A stretch of 64,000 bases of DNA from Trypanosoma brucei (lineage: Eukaryota): contig CH464491.1 in assembly GCA_000002445.1 (NCBI GenBank), positions 256,001 through 320,000 on the forward strand, written 5' to 3'. The notes under the pieces were generated by a model, which saw nothing but the letters and a program-made list of their open reading frames with translations, did not search any database and was not told the origin of the DNA. Shown in pieces: positions 9,537 to 19,734 of the stretch. The position numbers and the translations under genes were made by a program. Each line of letters opens with the position of its first letter. Position 1 is the first letter of the stretch.

Positions 9537-11368
9537 CGTATACGTGTATAAAAGAGGAAGTGTTATGCATGGCGCTGTTGAAGAGAAGAGAAGTTGGCGA
9601 TCATTCGAAAGCAAATTGTAGAAGCGCAGGCGGAAGGTGCTGACACAACTGCCATTAGTGGGAGCAGCTTGCTTCATATTCTTATCATTGTTTCCGTTCC
9701 GCCGGTTGTGGATAACACTTCTTGCCATTCTTTCCTTGTTTTTTGTGTGCGTTCACCCCACCGTTCTACTATTATTATTATTATTTCCTTTTTTGCGTGT
9801 TTTATTTTATTGTTTTCTCACTTGATCTTAGAGACCCACACTTTTGCTTCCTTTGGTTTGTGTGTGTGTTTTGAAAAAAAAAAAAGACCACTAGATAACT
9901 TAGTCTGCTTATGCGTGCATTAGTGTACGTGTTTGCAATCCCTTTTGATTTCGGTTTTCTTTTTTTTAATTTTGTTTTGTACCACGACACCTTGCGTATT
10001 CTTCGCGAGGACTTCTTTTTTTTGTTGTTGTTCATCCACCCCCATCAATCTCAGTGAATTTTTCTTCTGTAGCAATAACGGTGATAGAAATTATTATTAA
10101 ACATTTTGTTTCACCGGAGTGAGACTGGAGAATGCGAAGATGGGGAAGAGGAACTTCATGTATGGTACCGGAGGGCGATGTATTCCCCAGTTGTGGGTGC
10201 GTTACAATTTCCCCTTCTCTCTTACATGCGCATTCACTCCCCTGTTTGTTTGTATTTATTTTTGTGTCGTGTCATTAAGTTGAGGAAGAAAAAGGAAGAG
10301 AGAAGGGAGGATGGAGGGGCAAAGCATAAATAGCATTCGAATGGACTTTTGATGAAAGTTTGAGGAATTGTTAGATTAAGAAAAAAAGGGGGGGGGTACA
10401 ACACAGTTGGCGAGACAGGAAAGAGTGTGAGGTGGAGGTGAAAATATAAAGTAAATAAATAAATAATTTACCAAATTGGTCTATGAAGATGTGCTTTGCA
10501 CACTAACTCCTAAGATGGCTGATTGTGTTCGAGGGTGGGTGGGGGGATGGTACCGATGCTGATAAGGAGAGAGAAACGGATGGTAATTATACGAAAACCC
10601 CAGGGAAATGGAGAATATTGCTCCTCATCTGTTGTTAGAGCGTACCGGAGGAAGCTCCGTTAAGCGGTGCTAGTGTGTATTTTTGTAGCTTGTGACGCGT
10701 ATCAGCAGCGACAGTAGTTAATTAAAAAAAGAAAAAAAACAATGGAAAAAAGCGAGTGGAAGAGAAGAAGGGGCAGTTGTTCACTGGCGGTGAGCGAGCG
10801 CGTCTGTGCGCGAAGGCCGGTCTTGATTTCCCCTAATTCTTCTTTTTCTTTTAACAGTCACATGAAACTCCTTCTCTCTTTCTCCCTGCAAAGTGGAAAA
10901 AAAAACAAATAAACGCGACCTTTTAGACAGGCACCGTCGGTTGCCCCCTGCGTGGTGCCTATTAACACAATATGCCATGTCGCGCTCCAAGATTTCACCT
11001 TTAGATGTTCACGAGGCTATATGAGCACTTGTTCAAAATATATATTTCACACTACACAATCCTGCCCATCCTTTTTGTCGTTTTATTTTGTTTCTCCCTC
11101 ATCATTTACTTTCATTTGTGTTTGAACGTCTCCCCTTTTCGACTTGTTCCACCGCCGATAGACTGTCGTGTTGCCCCCACCTGTGCACGTGGTTGGCTTA
11201 CTTCGGTTACTCGATTATGTTATGCTATTTTATCTGCATATCAATTTATTTATTTTTAACCCTACAAAGCTGACGCCTTGTAGTTGCGACTGCGCTTGTT
11301 GGTTGGTGGGGGTAGCGGACCTGCTTAATAGAGGTAGCGATTTTAAAGGGAGGGGTGTGAGGCGTCTC

Positions 11369-12931
11369 ATGTCAGTTGCGCCGCCGGTCTCGGCGTCGTC
11401 AACGCAGTCCTCCTCTTTGTCAGAATCTGTGGCACTGCTCGTCCCTAAACAACTGCGACGGGTTTTATCGCGTGGTGGCGCCGAGGTGGTTGTCGAAAAG
11501 CGTACCGCAGGGAAGAAGCGGATGTTTGTGAACATTCCTGACGAATATGACCGAGAGGAAGGATGCCGTCGACATGCTTCTCATGCTGATGTGCACCGGC
11601 GGGCTCTTGAAGATTTGAGGTGGGCTCGGGAGACACTTTGGAATGACGAACGACTCCAACCCTATTTGTATACCTCAGATCACTTGACATGGCCTCCATT
11701 GACGCAATTGGCAAGTATGGTTAACCTGGCGTGGTCTGCGAGGGAAACAGACGCTGTGCCTGATCATTCTGCCGTCAGTGCGCTGAAAAAAGCGCTTGGT
11801 ATTATTCGACATGAGCTTCTTTACACAGGTTTGCACCCACTAAGGGAGGAGGCTCTTGCAGGGCAGCTGCTGGCGTTCACGTCAGAGGATGGCAATATCT
11901 CCGCATCTGGTAGTACATTACATGCAGTTGGTGGGTCAGAAGCACGATTCGGGGATACCGTGTGGTCCCTAGAACTGCACACTCCTTCTTTCAATATCGA
12001 CGATGTGCTGCGACTCTCTCTTACTGCGCGTATGCAGAAGGCGTGCATGGACGCTCTGCCGATCGGCCTTGCACCTGCTACCGTTGGGAACACATGGTCG
12101 GCAGTTTTGGCTGCGCACCGTCAAGCGGAGGAGAGGAGTTATCCAGGGCTTTTTCACAGCGTTCCACATTGTATTACATTGTTTGATGCTGAGGCTGCAC
12201 ATGTGGCGCGGATGGTTAGCGAAGCCGCTATCCAGGGGCGGCGTGTGCGGTTGCGTGTTGGTGTGTACCTCACAATGGTTCAGCGAAATGAGTTGTATGT
12301 ACTGTCAGGATCTTCTGCTTTAGGTGACGCTACTGACGATGAGTCGGAACTCCGTACCTCATTTGAAAGGGCGACGGGACGAAGCTATAAAGTGTGCCAG
12401 TCGTCGGGACTACTCTTGCGGATTCGTGGGAAAGAGGAGATTGAAGACGCTCTTCGGCTGCGCTTCCTGGGCCCCCTGGCTTCAAAGCATGAGCTTCTTG
12501 AGACTGCAACCCTTACCTCTCGTATTAGCAGTACGCATGTTGTAGTTAAGCATAATCCATTTGTTGTGATCCATGGTCCACGTGTTGCTGAGGGGTTTCC
12601 AGAGAATGCTGCAGCTCGCTCTGAGCTATTGGGTCTGCTTTCTTCGCGTGAAAGCACGGCCTCAAGTGGTCCCGCCCGGTTGGCCGTTGCGGAGGCCACA
12701 CCGTTAACAGTTCATGCGACTTCCGTTACACTCACCGGGGAGGACTTGCGGCAAGGCGTTGACGACGCGGTGTTGAAAACACTGTCTTCTGGACCCATGC
12801 CGAGGAGTGAATTGGCAGTACATTCGAATATGGCTCGTTTTCGTGACGCACCAAATTTCGAGGTGATGCTGAAGGACTCACTCAAGAGGATTGCTGAGTA
12901 CCATGGTAGAAAGTACCGTTTGAAGGAGTGA
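11369..12931 (+). CDS. Hypothetical protein (about 520 aa)
   Basis: The 6-frame ORF opens at 11168, but its first 67 codons run through the upstream polypyrimidine tract (LFYLHINLFIFNPTK...). The ATG at 11369 (MSVAPPVSASS...) is the more plausible start. No recognisable domain. Confidence 0.5.
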   Translation: MSVAPPVSASSTQSSSLSESVALLVPKQLRRVLSRGGAEVVVEKRTAGKKRMFVNIPDEYDREEGCRRHASHADVHRRALEDLRWARETLWNDERLQPYLYTSDHLTWPPLTQLASMVNLAWSARETDAVPDHSAVSALKKALGIIRHELLYTGLHPLREEALAGQLLAFTSEDGNISASGSTLHAVGGSEARFGDTVWSLELHTPSFNIDDVLRLSLTARMQKACMDALPIGLAPATVGNTWSAVLAAHRQAEERSYPGLFHSVPHCITLFDAEAAHVARMVSEAAIQGRRVRLRVGVYLTMVQRNELYVLSGSSALGDATDDESELRTSFERATGRSYKVCQSSGLLLRIRGKEEIEDALRLRFLGPLASKHELLETATLTSRISSTHVVVKHNPFVVIHGPRVAEGFPENAAARSELLGLLSSRESTASSGPARLAVAEATPLTVHATSVTLTGEDLRQGVDDAVLKTLSSGPMPRSELAVHSNMARFRDAPNFEVMLKDSLKRIAEYHGRKYRLKE

Positions 12932-13195
12932 GCTTTTATTGCAGTGGTAATAAAAGCGGGTGCTGAAAACCAAAAAAAGATATCAGTAGGAATTGAGGGC
13001 CTCACTAGGCATTCCCCTAAGCCGCTTGATTGCCAACTATCTTCGTGACATTGCGGTGACGCGACGAAAATAACGGCGTTGTAGGGTTGCCGGTGAGGTG
13101 GCCATCCCCTCCACCCTGTAAATGAAATGAGCCCAGTACGGTCGGCTGCCGTTTCCACTTCACAACACTCTTGTAGGGGAGGGGACAAAGCTGAT

Positions 13196-13330
13196 TATCC
13201 TTTTTCTCCAGTAAGATGCACACCTTTTTCGCCTCGGTCTCTTTTTCCTCTTTCCTTTTACTCGCCCTTGCTGTTATCGTGCCCCTCTGGTTGTGCTTTG
13301 ATATGGTTGTGTTTTTTTTTGCATGTATGC
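13196..13330 (+). promoter_or_regulatory. Polypyrimidine tract upstream of the Brix-domain gene. Probable splice-acceptor region.
   Basis: Includes ttttttctccagtaagatgcacacctttttcgcctcggtctctttttcctctttccttttactcgcccttgctgttatcgtgcccctctggttgtgctttgatatggttgtgttttttttt. Confidence 0.5.
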
Positions 13331-13354
13331 ATATATATATATATATATATATAT
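13331..13354. repeat. (AT)12 microsatellite
   Basis: atatatatatatatatatatatat, read directly from the sequence. Confidence 0.95.
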
Positions 13355-13595
13355 TCGTTGTTCTCTTCTTTTTGTGCCCTACCGCTAAACTCTGAAGTAA
13401 TCCCCCCTTCCGTATTTGTGGCACGTAATACCCCTCGCTGCTGTGGAATTCAAGAAAAAAAAAGAGGGATACGGGATTCGTTTGTTTGCGTGTGCCTCTG
13501 TTTTGGCTTCCCCTTCTTTAACACTTTCCCTTCCAAGCGGCAAGGAAGTGAGGCAGTTGGGGAGGTGTGTGGAGTGAGACGTACTATTGTAGCAA

Positions 13596-14591
13596 ATGGG
13601 AAAAGGTGCGCGCACTAAACGTAGCGCCGGGCCTGTAGTGAAGAGGCAGCGGCATGAGGTTAGGCACCGTGCGACTGAGGTTGACCCGGCGTTAGTGGAA
13701 CGATATCGTAGTACGCGACAACCGGTAAAAAAGAGTCAGTTGTTTGAGGAACTGAGGGAACAAACAAAAGATGCGAAACGGTTCCGACGTGAGGCGCGTG
13801 AGAGGGAGCGGAAGGTTCTCAAGGAGAACGCCCCTGCGAAGCCGATTCCCAAAACAAAGGAGCGTATGCGGCTCCCCGACGTCACGTTTGTGGAGGATAA
13901 AAATGATGCTGAGATTTTGCGTGATGAGGCGGATGATGAATTTGCGTCGTACTTTAAGGAAGGCCGCAAGCCGAAGATTCTCATTACAACCGGTGAGCAC
14001 CCGTGTTTTCGAACCAAATTGTTTGTCAAGGAGGCGCTCTGGTTGTTTCCTAATTCCATCTACCGACCACGTAAGAAATACAACTTGAAGGAGATTACTC
14101 AGTTTTGTATCAACCGTGAATTCACGGATTTGATAGTTGTGACTGATCGTCTGAAAGAACCTTACAATCTAATCATTTCACACTTACCTGAGGGACCCAC
14201 GGCAATGTTTCGGGTATCAAACTTCATGACACACGCGCAGTTGAAAGATCCAGCACCGCGAACGGAGCACTATCCCGAACTTATTTTCAAGAACTTTGAC
14301 ACGCGATTGGGTCGTCGTATCAACCGCCTCTTAGAATGTTTGTTCCCGGCAACGCGTGACTATGAGGGTCGTGCTGTGGCGACCTTTCACAATCAGCGTG
14401 ATTACATATTTATGCGTACCCACCGTTACATCTTTGACAGTTTAGATGCCGTGCGCATTCAGGAAATGGGGCCACGCTTTACTCTTAGGCTTCTGTCGTT
14501 GCAGTCCGGAACATTTGACACACAGTTCGGGGAGTACGAGTGGTTCCGCAAGAAGGAACATGATGACGACAAGCTGGAGTGGTACCTCTAA
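13596..14591 (+). CDS. Brix-domain ribosome biogenesis protein (RPF1/IMP4-like)
   Basis: Lys/Arg-rich N-terminus followed by a Brix-type fold signature: KILITTGEHPCFRTKLFVKEALWLFPNS...IVVTDRLKEPYNLIISHLPEGPTAMFRVSNF...GPRFTLRLLSLQSGTFDTQFGEYEW. The C-terminal sigma70-like motif is typical of the Imp4/Rpf1/Brx1 family. I cannot assign the subfamily confidently without a profile search. Confidence 0.75.
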   Translation: MGKGARTKRSAGPVVKRQRHEVRHRATEVDPALVERYRSTRQPVKKSQLFEELREQTKDAKRFRREARERERKVLKENAPAKPIPKTKERMRLPDVTFVEDKNDAEILRDEADDEFASYFKEGRKPKILITTGEHPCFRTKLFVKEALWLFPNSIYRPRKKYNLKEITQFCINREFTDLIVVTDRLKEPYNLIISHLPEGPTAMFRVSNFMTHAQLKDPAPRTEHYPELIFKNFDTRLGRRINRLLECLFPATRDYEGRAVATFHNQRDYIFMRTHRYIFDSLDAVRIQEMGPRFTLRLLSLQSGTFDTQFGEYEWFRKKEHDDDKLEWYL

Positions 14592-14875
14592 GGACTTGGT
14601 ATGACAGGGCGACATCTTTATTGTGTGTGCGTGGAAGGGTCACTGCCATCACGAGTAAATATATTAATGAGGGTTTGGTGGGTGAGGGGCGTCGCGGTAA
14701 GGGGCTTGCAGCGGTGGAACAGTATCCCTCCCCCCCCCCAAAAAAAGGAAAAATAACTGCATCTCCCTTTGACATTGAGTGTGCACAGCGGGTCTCTGTT
14801 TGTTTGCATGAACCGGAGTTCCTCCTTTCAACGAGCACTTTCGACCGGTTTGATGCTTCTTCAGGCACCCTTCTG

Positions 14876-14876
<1 letters not shown>

Positions 14877-14904
<28 letters not shown>
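14877..14904. repeat. (TA)14 microsatellite
   Basis: tatatatatatatatatatatatatata, read directly from the sequence. Confidence 0.95.
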
Positions 14905-14907
<3 letters not shown>

Positions 14908-15122
14908 TTAGTTGCAGCACACACCAACCCGAAGCCACACATGTTGTACACATCGCTTGAATAACCAGTTACGGTTTACTAAAAGCCCCCTTATGCTATT
15001 CACTTTTGTTGTTTTCTGCTACAACTGTTGTTGCTCACTCCCGATTAACACGGTTTTCTTCCACATGTAGAACGAGAGGAGGCACTGAGGAGGAGGGTTT
15101 CCAGAAAGGAAGGTGATTCACT

Positions 15123-16586
15123 ATGTATTCTTCAGACAGGGTTCGGACCGTCATGGAGCAGCTCGCTTCTATGAATCCATACACGAACGCAAAAAGTTTA
15201 CCCGAAGTCCCGCGTCCCGACGAGTTATCGATTCCACGGAAGCTTTCTTCACGCCTTCAGATTCCGTATGTTCAGAATATACTCAACTCACTTTCGTACA
15301 ATTTTCTTCCTAATACATTTTTTTGTCTTGAGAAACACCGGTCGCTGCAGAGCATTCTTTTTACCTCGAAAGAAATCCTCGCAGAGGCGCTTCCGATCCG
15401 TTGCCTTGAAGCTACATTTGTGGGACTCTATCTCACACAGGATCTGAAGGATGTTGACCGCATTCCCCTTTCGTTTAAATCGCGTGCGAAGGGGCGTGCA
15501 TATCATCATATTGTTCTCGTAATACGCTGCAATTCCATGTACGGGGCGGTGGGACTTAGTCGGAAGTCCACACTTATGGACAAACCCCTAATTTACAATG
15601 GTCTTTACCAACTAATTATGGAGTACAAAAAGCAGTACGAGGCAATAGGACACGAACTGGTGGACTTCAAGTTGGGATTATGTGTCAATCATAAGCGAGA
15701 TTCGCGGAAAGCCCCGTGCTGGCGCTACATAGCGGTTAAACTTGGTAGGTCGACCGCTCCTTCGACTTCCACATCTCCACGCCCACAGGAACAGCAAGAA
15801 GAGGTAAGTACGAATGAGGTCGATGTATCACTTATATCTAATAGTGGGGGTTGTAGCTGTGGGGACGGCATTGAAAAAATGTTGAAATGTTATTCAGATT
15901 TGCTTTGTAGGCTCTCAGAAGAATATGACAACCTTTTGACATCCTATTCACGTGGAGCATCGAACAATAATCAACAGGTGTGCTTGAAAGACCTACACGA
16001 CATGGATAATAGCTCCGCAAAGGTGGAGAATAGGAGAAGGTTGGAGGAGCTACGTCAGGGTCGCTCGCCGTGCGGTTCTGTTGGAACGCGGTGCAAGAAA
16101 CGCAGCGCGTCCCGGTCGGTTTCGAAGAAGCGCGCGGTATCCCAAAATGATGTACCGTCGACAGATAGGTCAAGGGTGGTTAGGCTTTCTTCCGCAGTTG
16201 CTACCAAGAAAACTGCTCGAAGAGAAAAGGCTGCTGCTGCAAACTATCGACAGCCCGCAGCGTCTGACCTTAAACAACCCCGTGAGTTTTCGTCTGCGTC
16301 AGGCGAGAAAGGTGATGGCCAGTTACCGCACGTTTCTAGGGGTACTAATGGCAATATATCCCCAGAGCGAGCGTGCCGGGCGGCAGAGGAAGGGTGCGCT
16401 GCGAACCCTGGGGAAGAGGTTACGGGAGAGCGTCAGAGTGTGCGTAATCCACTCTTATCTCTGGCACTCCCACTGTTGGATTCGAAAGGTGGTGAGTTAG
16501 GCCTGACAACTTGCCAGGCAACTGACCGCTGGATGTTGCCAAATTCAGCAAAGGGTGCCAATATTAACGATGTGGGCCGATCGTAG
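15123..16586 (+). CDS. VASH: Vasohibin-like tubulin tyrosine carboxypeptidase (transglutaminase-like Cys protease)
   Basis: Colinear match to the vasohibin core as I recall it. EALPIRCLEATFVGLYLTQ corresponds to human VASH1 EALPIKCLEAVILGIYLTN and holds the catalytic Cys. FKSRAKGRAYHHIVLVIRCNSMYGAVGLSRKSTLMDKP corresponds to FKTYFSGNYFRHIVLGVNFAGRYGALGMSRREDLMYKP and holds the His and Ser of the Cys-His-Ser triad. A long low-complexity C-terminal tail follows. Confidence 0.8.
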   Translation: MYSSDRVRTVMEQLASMNPYTNAKSLPEVPRPDELSIPRKLSSRLQIPYVQNILNSLSYNFLPNTFFCLEKHRSLQSILFTSKEILAEALPIRCLEATFVGLYLTQDLKDVDRIPLSFKSRAKGRAYHHIVLVIRCNSMYGAVGLSRKSTLMDKPLIYNGLYQLIMEYKKQYEAIGHELVDFKLGLCVNHKRDSRKAPCWRYIAVKLGRSTAPSTSTSPRPQEQQEEVSTNEVDVSLISNSGGCSCGDGIEKMLKCYSDLLCRLSEEYDNLLTSYSRGASNNNQQVCLKDLHDMDNSSAKVENRRRLEELRQGRSPCGSVGTRCKKRSASRSVSKKRAVSQNDVPSTDRSRVVRLSSAVATKKTARREKAAAANYRQPAASDLKQPREFSSASGEKGDGQLPHVSRGTNGNISPERACRAAEEGCAANPGEEVTGERQSVRNPLLSLALPLLDSKGGELGLTTCQATDRWMLPNSAKGANINDVGRS

Positions 16587-16620
16587 TTTTGTGTTTGTGA
16601 TCACTCCCAGCGGCAAAGGG

Positions 16621-16636
16621 TGTGTGTGTGTGTGTG
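16621..16636. repeat. (TG)8 microsatellite
   Basis: tgtgtgtgtgtgtgtg, read directly from the sequence. Confidence 0.9.
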
Positions 16637-17407
16637 CGAGGTGTGCGTGTAGAATGTCCTCTTAATTCTCTTCATTTCATCGTTTACACTTCTTTGCTGC
16701 TTTGTATCTTTAATTATGATAGGCGACGGCAGAGGATTAACGGCCTGATGGGTGTTGTGGCGCCAGTTCTTAGAGGAGGGGTTGTTTACATGGTCGTTTT
16801 TTTTTTTTTTGGACGTTTGGCGGAGAAACTCCCAATCAGAGGAATGTATGGATGGACGCGGCCTGTATTTTATGTGATGCGGTCACCGGATTACCTTCTT
16901 GCATCTTCTTCGTATTTTTCTGAAGGTCTTAGGGGACCGCCGAGTCGTTTGTACCTTTTTATTTTTATATGTTAACTCCGTGTTATGTCAAATCTTTACC
17001 TTTCGAACACTTCGTCATTCTTTTTTTCTTTTTTTCACTGATAACCCAATTATCATTCTGCTTAACGGCGCTCCTCGGCTCCACTCCTCGTTTTGCTTTC
17101 GTCCACCTCTCCTTTCGCTTCCTTTTTAGTTTGTTTGAGTTCACCGTCAGGAGCTTACCGCTGTGGTGGAGGGGCGGAACTGCAGTGGAAGAAACTTGAT
17201 AGCACTGTCCTATTAGTGAATACTAAATTATTGTTTTTACCTCGTATTCGAAAAAAAAAGGTATGAGGAACGTGGGTTACCTTGGAGACATGTGAGGACG
17301 CAATGAAGTGAAACACGATCCCAAGAAATGATGAATAAGGGATGAATAAAAACGCCTGGAGTAAGGGGTTTATCACCTGCTGCTGTTTCACTCTCTTCAA
17401 GCGGTAG

Positions 17408-17640
17408 GGTTTTTTTTCTTTTTACTTTTACCTCTTGTTGTTCCTTCTTCAATGTGCCGTCCAACTGATTCCACACCACGTGCATGGGACTTTGCATTTA
17501 TCATGCATCTCCTTTTAAATTTCCCTCACGTTGTGGTTCTCTTTCCCTTCTTCTTTGTTGTGTTGTGTTGTGCCCATCTTCCTTTGTTACTAAGTTGATC
17601 AGCGTCTTCTTTCTTTTTGTGTTTTTGTGTGTGTGTTTAG
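17408..17640 (+). promoter_or_regulatory. Long polypyrimidine tract upstream of the ABCD transporter ORF. Probable trans-splicing / polyadenylation coupling signal.
   Basis: About 230 bp of roughly 80% C/T (tttttttctttttacttttacctcttgttgttccttcttc ... cttctttctttttgtgtttttgtgtgtgtgtttag) ending at the ATG 17641. In kinetoplastids such tracts followed by AG direct SL trans-splicing and upstream polyadenylation. Confidence 0.55.
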
Positions 17641-19734
17641 TTGTTACCGCAACTGCCTGGTTGTACAAGACACCGGCGAATGACAACGCATTGGGTTCGT
17701 GACTATGGGGCAATAGTGACTAGTGCGGCAACGTTCTTTCTATGTGCTTCGTATCAGAGAGTACTTCTGCGTCATGGCGATGCTTTAATCCCCAGCGAAA
17801 AGAAGGAAAAAGGAGGAGCGACATCGTCGTTCTTTCGTGAGTTCATGCAGGTTGCCAGAATAGCACTACCCACTGTTTGGTGCAAGGAAGCTTTGGGTAC
17901 TTTTGTTTTTGTCTTACTCTTCTTTGTTTTGGCGGTGATTCGGGCACTAACGTCCGAAGCAAACGGCAGGGTGTTGAAGTCGATGACGGAGGGGACGGGT
18001 GGAACCCGTCTGCGCAACTTCACGCACACCTTACTTCTTCGTACGGCGCTTCACTTGTTGTCGTCTGTTTGTAGCAGTTGTGTGGAGCACCTTCGAACAT
18101 GGTTGATAGGTTGCTACCGTGTGAGACTTAGTAAGCACTTTCAAGAGCGGTATTACAGCCAGCTTGTGTTTTACAGAGCCGCTGTGATAGATAAGCGGCT
18201 GGAGGCAGTGGACTCGGTAGTCACGACGTATTGCGCTGAATTTGCCGAACATTTTACGGAACTCCCCTATTACTTCGTGCTTCCGGCACTCGGTTCTGCT
18301 ACATCTATGGTCGCCCTCATACGACGGGTTGGTGCCGGTGCATCTGCGGCTGCGTGTGGTTTAGTTTTGGCGTCTGTCCTTCTGATGAAGAAGTTTTCAC
18401 CGCCTTTTGGGAAAATATACGCGTCTCTGCTGTCAAAGGAGGATGCTTACAGAAGAATGCTTTCAAATAGTTTGAGTAATGTAGAAAACATTGCTTTGCA
18501 CAGGGGTGGTGAACACACTAGGAAGAAGCTTGACACCCAACTCGGCGTGCTGAAGGGTTATCTCGATCATTTTGCGCTCTCCCGTGGACACTTTAACCTC
18601 CTTGAACTGTCTTTTGCAACGACGCTGCGCAATATTGCTAGCATTATTGTCTTTGGTGATGCACTGCGAAAAGAGAACAAATCCACGAGTGATATTTATG
18701 TGGAGTTGCTGTACTTGAGGGATCTCAGTAAAAGTGTGACAGACGTTGTGTCAAACTTCCGTGAGATCTCTCACTTATCAACCTATACGCTAAAACTTGC
18801 GGAGTTTGACAGGACACTGAAGGATATTGAGGGGGACACATGCGATACGTTTCCGTGTGTGGCGAGCATACCAGATGTTGGAACGGTTGTTCCAACAGTC
18901 GTTTCTCCTAGCGTACCCATTGCCGGGGCCTTGAGCTTTCCACTTTTTACCTTTACCAATGTGAAGCTGAAAACCCCAACTGGTCACGTGCTTTTCGAGA
19001 ACTTGAATCTTACCATCCAAAACGATCAGGATTGGGTGATTACAGGAAACAATGGGTCAGGTAAGACGTCACTTCTCCGTCTCATATCTGGTCTCTGGCG
19101 GGCCTGCGAAGGAGACATTACAATGAGCAGCTGTGTGAAGTTGTTGTTCGCCCCGCAGGAAAGTTACGTGGTGCCCCATTGCACGCTCGTGGAGCAGATT
19201 CTTTACCCCAAGATTATAACATCTCTGAATGAGGGGGACATTGCATGTATAAAGGAAGCCATTAGTCTCGCCGGTGCCGAGTCTGTTGTTGAGGTGCTCG
19301 GCGGCTTTGAGAGTCCGGCAGTGGGCTGCGATCTTTCAAACGTTGATGAAACCTACGATTGGTCTTCCCTGAGCGGTGGGCAGAAACAACGTGTTAATAT
19401 GGCCCGTGTGTTCTACCAAGTCTTGCAAGCGGACCGGAGTCGGGAAATCCCGGTGGTGTTGTTGGATGAGGCTACATCTATGATGGATGACACGGAAGAG
19501 AAAGTGATGCTTAACTTACGGAAACTCAATGCGCGCATGATATCTGTCACGCATCGTGAACAAGTTGTTAAGCACCACACGCACGTGTTGAGAGCCCTTC
19601 CTGGTGGTCGTTGGATGACAACCAAAGTAACCCAATATGTTGGCAGTGACGATGTTGTAACGCAAGGAATCTCTTCGGTTGGTGGGTCCTCCAATGCCGA
19701 AGGTGTGGGAGTTGATTTGCACAGGGGTTTCTAA
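17641..19734 (+). CDS. ABC half-transporter, ABCD (peroxisomal/glycosomal) subfamily
   Basis: N-terminal membrane domain with hydrophobic segments. ABCD-type EAA-like loop motif NVENIALHRGGEHTRKK (compare NSEEIAFYGG). Walker A ITGNNGSGKTSLLRLISGLW (compare ALDP GPNGCGKSSLFRILGGLW). ABC signature LSGGQKQRVNMARVFY. Walker B VVLLDEATS. H-loop ISVTHR. Domain order TMD then NBD and length of 697 aa fit a half-transporter. Confidence 0.85.
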   Translation: MLPQLPGCTRHRRMTTHWVRDYGAIVTSAATFFLCASYQRVLLRHGDALIPSEKKEKGGATSSFFREFMQVARIALPTVWCKEALGTFVFVLLFFVLAVIRALTSEANGRVLKSMTEGTGGTRLRNFTHTLLLRTALHLLSSVCSSCVEHLRTWLIGCYRVRLSKHFQERYYSQLVFYRAAVIDKRLEAVDSVVTTYCAEFAEHFTELPYYFVLPALGSATSMVALIRRVGAGASAAACGLVLASVLLMKKFSPPFGKIYASLLSKEDAYRRMLSNSLSNVENIALHRGGEHTRKKLDTQLGVLKGYLDHFALSRGHFNLLELSFATTLRNIASIIVFGDALRKENKSTSDIYVELLYLRDLSKSVTDVVSNFREISHLSTYTLKLAEFDRTLKDIEGDTCDTFPCVASIPDVGTVVPTVVSPSVPIAGALSFPLFTFTNVKLKTPTGHVLFENLNLTIQNDQDWVITGNNGSGKTSLLRLISGLWRACEGDITMSSCVKLLFAPQESYVVPHCTLVEQILYPKIITSLNEGDIACIKEAISLAGAESVVEVLGGFESPAVGCDLSNVDETYDWSSLSGGQKQRVNMARVFYQVLQADRSREIPVVLLDEATSMMDDTEEKVMLNLRKLNARMISVTHREQVVKHHTHVLRALPGGRWMTTKVTQYVGSDDVVTQGISSVGGSSNAEGVGVDLHRGF

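Noticed and set aside
9594-9923. Short + strand ORFs (109 aa and 62 aa) in the 2-kb spacer after gene 7354-9297
   Set aside because: They are low-complexity translations of pyrimidine-rich spacer (LLLLLFPFLRVLFYCFL) and have no coding signal.
11168-11368. Upstream extension of the 587-aa ORF, starting at the ATG 11168
   Set aside because: The extra 67 codons run through the polypyrimidine tract and have UTR-like composition (LFYLHINLFIFNPTKL...). The internal ATG at 11369 is the more plausible start.
12712-13188. 158-aa minus-strand ORF overlapping the 3' end of ORF 11369-12931
   Set aside because: It is antisense to a supported gene and to the spacer. Every supported gene is on the + strand, and this ORF has no recognisable domain.
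14485-14907. 140-aa minus-strand ORF starting MYIYIYIYIY
   Set aside because: It translates the (TA)n microsatellite and overlaps the 3' end of the Brix gene in antisense. It is an artefact.
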